Assembly: GCA_032718475.1 (NCBI GenBank) | Contig: JAUCBJ010002899.1 | Coordinates: 1-64,000 of the forward strand | DNA from: Nemertoderma westbladi | Lineage: Eukaryota > Animalia > Xenacoelomorpha | Direction: 5' to 3' | Length of the DNA: 64,000 bases | Translations under genes and position numbers: made by a program | Shown here: one piece after another, positions 60,060 to 64,000 of the stretch | How the letters are laid out: each line of letters begins with the position of its first letter | How positions within the stretch are numbered: the stretch's first letter is position 1 | Notes under the pieces: generated by a model | What the model was told of the DNA's origin: nothing | Databases searched by the model: none | What the model saw: the letters and a program-made list of their open reading frames with translations, nothing else

Positions 60060-61379
60060 ACGACAAGTTTTAATTATTAACCCTATTTCGTAAGATATAT
60101 TATAAAACATTTATTTATTAATAATGCAATATTTGAATAACCAGATAACGGAAAGACAAACCGAATTGAAACTTTTAATTACTAATAATAATTGTGGCGA
60201 GAGGGGATTGGGAATCAAGGATATATGTTATGTTATGGAGCACGCGTTGCTAGGCACAGGCAAATGAATTGCTGTCTGTCTGAGATGTATTGAAGGAGCA
60301 CTATTCCGGGTATTCCTTCTACTAGACTACTACAGTTAGGCCATTATGTACTTATAACAACTGTTCGTTGTAAGACCTTTTACTAATTAAAGCCTTATAA
60401 TCCGTGCTGAATGAAAATAGCAGTCCTTGTGTACTAGCCAAGGCGTCCTTGGACGCCTATGGGGGAGAATGGAATCAGCGTATGAATTTACAATTTACAT
60501 GTTTAAATCAATTAAAAAGTACATTTATTAACGCAAATCACATGAAAAAATTAAAAACTATATGTATGAGGGATGTATGTAAACTGTATGGGGATTCCAG
60601 ATATCTATTTTTGGTGCAAAATAACTTTAATCGTATGTCGCTAAATAATTAATTTCCACGGAGAGACAGTTCAAAATGACTCAACCATACAATTTAGCTG
60701 AAGATATTAACTTCGATTATGGCTTCCGACATTTATGGCTATCGACACACTGACACACACACAGACTTTTGAAAACGGCCATAGTATAATTATATCAGTT
60801 CGCTGATGGCACGCCATTCGTGTCTCGCTCCACACAACATGGCAACCTTCCACAACGCAGCAATCTATCTTGCTGGAGGAATTCAATCGGGCACCTGAGT
60901 TCCATGAGGTGAATTTCGAGATGATTGGCACCCATTTGGTTCTCAGTTGCCTTCTTTCTATTAATGGGAATGCTGGTGGGCCTTCTGGTCTCAATGTCCA
61001 GGGATAGAACTACTTAGTGACTCGATTCCAAGGAGACTCTTCCAAACTTTGTTCGAATATCGCAGCTTATTATATATTTATATAATTTAGGCTGGACACA
61101 TATACTGGTAGTCAGTGATTAATATCGGTCTGCTGTAATACTGTTCTATTTAATATATCAGTATACCAGTGTCTACCAGTGTATACCAGTATTTAATAAT
61201 TGTTATATAACAACTATATTATATAGAGTAGCAATATTAAGTAACTATAGGACTGACAGTTGATACTGGTTAATATTAGACTTACTTTTAACAGTTGTGA
61301 TTGTAATAGGCATTTAGCTACGATCTTAGAGCATCTTAGAACAGACAATCTGTGAGCCAGATAGCAGTCTAGAAAAGAC

Positions 61380-61586
61380 CTGAGCGTGGTCTAAGACCTC
61401 GCTAAGGTCTGTCTGGGGGCCGGTTGGGAAGCCGATACAGGCAGCGACGCCCGCTAGGCTTTGTTATTATCGATAGACACCGATTGACAGAGGAAGACCT
61501 TAGTATTAAGGAGAGATATACGCAAACTCTACAATCGTTTCTTGATAGTTTGTTGAGCGGTGACGCTAGTCAACCTACTACTACTA
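61380..61586 (+). pseudogene. Diverged fragment of the family-B accessory ORF region
   Basis: GGCAGCGACGCCCGCT upstream motif and LTEEDLSIKERYTQTLQSFLDSLLSGDASQPTTT. Confidence 0.7.
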
Positions 61587-62850
61587 GGATCGGCATGCTG
61601 CATTGCAGCTGCATTTTTAAGAATGCTGTGCCGGCTTGTCAACAAAATTGCACCGCCACAACTCCCTATCACCCATGACATTTGCTAGATCATCCGCATC
61701 TTTAAGGTCAGTGTCCTTTAAGATGCGTCTCAAGAAAGTCATGGGCTGTCCACCATGCTTATTCACTCCATGAGGCTGCCAAAGTACAAGATTATGCACT
61801 GGCTGGTCCTCGCGGCGAAAGCAATGTCCTGCAAAGCGGAGGCGATTTTGTTCTAGTGTCAAGTTTGGGGGAACCAATGAGACACCTCCAATGTTATATA
61901 GTGTCTGGTTGGAGATGTGTGCATTGTACTTGACACAATGAACCAGGCGTAGCATTTTGTGAATGTGCCATCCAGAGATTACAGTTAGCGTTTAGCAGTT
62001 AGCAGTTAGAGCCCAGCATGGACTCCCATAGAGGAGTACTGGAACTACTGTATTTGAAGGTCCTCACCTGACTTCCGGATCCTTGATCCCAGGTAACAGA
62101 AGTCGTCCACATGCTCAAGCATACCATCCTTTGAGCTTATGCTCATCCGATCAGAGACTTTCAAAGTTAACTGTCAAAATTGTTACTGTCAAACTGTCAA
62201 AAATATTGTATAGCTTTGCAGCAATCGAGATCAATGAGATTCCCCGAAAAGAACCATAGAGTGTTAGGTTGCCCTTCTTGGGAACTGGCACCAACTTATT
62301 TGTTTTCATTTCTTGTGGGACTCTTGTTGTTCGGTACATGTCTACTATGATGGGATAGATGAGCTTTAAACACTCAGTTATTTTAAAGACCTCAGGGGGA
62401 ACACCATCTACTCCACTGGCACGATTGGTCTTAATGCTCTTTGCAGCAGCCTTCAGACTCAGAAACTTTTACTTCTATAAAGTTATCAGGCAATACCCTG
62501 TCATTATTGAGGAGCTTTTCAAAGTGGGTCTTCCAACCATTGAGGCGATCGGCTGGTGATTCAGCCTTAACCTTGGTGGTTGGTTGGCTTTTCCGCCCAG
62601 TAAGCAAGTTGATCGATTTCCATGCCTGGGATGATTGCCTGCTGTCGTCGGCATCATTGATGGCATCAACCTGTTGGTCTATTAGCTCCTGTAGATTAAC
62701 AGAGTACTGCCTGTTCATGGACCTAGATGCAGCCTTAACTGTATTCTTGGCCGCTGTAGTCTGTTTGAGTCGGGACTCTTTCTGCACCTTATATAGGTCA
62801 TTTCGGCACTTCTGGATTTTGTTGTCAGTCCAGGGGGCCCTTTTTCTGTT
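61587..62850 (-). mobile_element. Internally deleted RTE-clade LINE, same family as 44680-46030
   Basis: LVPVPKKGNL..FRGISLISIAAKLYN; RLRFAGHCFR..LVLWQP; shares ADDSRQSSQAWKSINLLTG with 45696-45911. Confidence 0.8.
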
Positions 62851-62859
62851 TCGAGAGTA

Positions 62860-63535
62860 TATATATATATATGTTTATTGACAGATATTTTGAGTGAAAT
62901 AACCAGGTACAAATACAAATACAAATAATCCTGAGAAGGGTAATTACATACAATGTAAACAAAACAATAAATGTCCATTAAGAATAATAATACAGGCACT
63001 TAATGAAAAGAAAATTTAAATACTATGTAAGATAATATATATGATAATATAGATAATAAAGCATTTCCTAATTTAACTAAACATCTCTTGAATCTTGTAA
63101 CAATAAGCACATAAGCTAGCCAATTTCACTTTAGGGCAACTAAATAAATCATGGATATAGTTATAATTATCAAAACCAAAATTAGACCTTAAAATAGCAG
63201 TATACCGACAACGAAGCAAAACATGTTCTTCATTTTGCACTGAGCTTAAATCACACGAACATACTCGGTCTTCGGATGGGATACGAGCCCATCTTCCTTT
63301 CTCACTAGCTAAGTTATGTGAGAAGGTGCGATATCGAGTAAATGCAGTGCGATGAAAGTCGGGAATATAGGCGGTACTACTTAAATAAATATCATGCACA
63401 CCTAATTTAGGATTTAGTATACTACGATATAACTGAAACTTAGTAGCTGTAATTGGTTTAGCTAAAACTTTTAATCTTACTGCACTTAGAGATACTGAGG
63501 AAAAGTTAATATTGGTTGATTCACTTAGTAAGCAA
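62860..63535 (-). mobile_element. 3' end of a non-LTR retrotransposon (Cys/His C-terminal domain)
   Basis: TRYRTFSHNLASEKGRW..RVCSC..VQNEEHVLLRC. Confidence 0.7.
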
Positions 63536-64000
63536 TACAGGAACTGTTTCTGCAGCTGCTAACTTAACTGCTTATGTGAAAGCAGTATAGCCCTCACAGT
63601 GATCTGCCGCCTCAGAGGCAAGGACCTCATACCTGGCAAATACCACACCCTGGTTTGCCTTTCCACAGGGTGGGTGTCGCAGTGGAGTCAGATATGAGGC
63701 CCATCACCCATATCTACTGCAGCGCACATTACCCACCATTGGCTGTGCAGCTCATCTGCTGGGTCATGCCCTGTACCCCTGCTGCCAGGTGCAGGTCGCA
63801 GTGAAGTGTACTCAGAGTGGATATGAGAACACTCTACTCCTGACGAGCCATTGGCAGATCACCATCTGCTTGGCCAGGCCATATACCCCTGCAGCCAAGT
63901 ATATGGGTCCTTAATCCAGGACCAACGGCGTCCTTATCCCAGAACGATGGGGGTCCTAGTTACAGGACCAGATTTGCCCTAGTAATAGGGTTTATGCAGC

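Noticed and set aside
60660-61060. Short ORF 60707-60994 and the GC-richer block at 63540-64000
   Set aside because: No recognisable motifs; they cannot be classified without a database search.

Overview
This is AT-rich, repeat-dense eukaryotic DNA, most likely from an invertebrate animal, and it is mostly a nest of transposable elements. The main element is a near-complete BEL/Pao LTR retrotransposon (family A, + strand, about 3264-19309). It has gag-protease-RT-RNaseH-integrase, then an extra 3.7-kb single reading frame encoding a DEDD/DnaQ-type 3'-5' exonuclease-like domain and three CCHC zinc knuckles, and a 2.3-kb 3' LTR. Six copies of one stem-tetraloop hairpin motif are scattered along it. 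A second BEL/Pao family (B) occurs as a 3' end (1-3263), a young internally deleted copy (24765-38510, - strand), a solo LTR with a 5-bp TSD (39771-40940) and fragments; it carries its own accessory ORF and shows no canonical tRNA PBS. The only clear host gene is a type II membrane fibrinogen-domain gene (42426-44446, -), whose single interruption is a LINE fragment inserted at AGGT so that it reads as a GT...AG intron. The rest is L2, RTE, CRE and gypsy remnants, an ALDH3 pseudogene fragment, small non-autonomous elements and a 6.5-kb array of a 26-bp satellite. All calls were made by eye from the sequence and the ORF track; no searches or folding programs were run.
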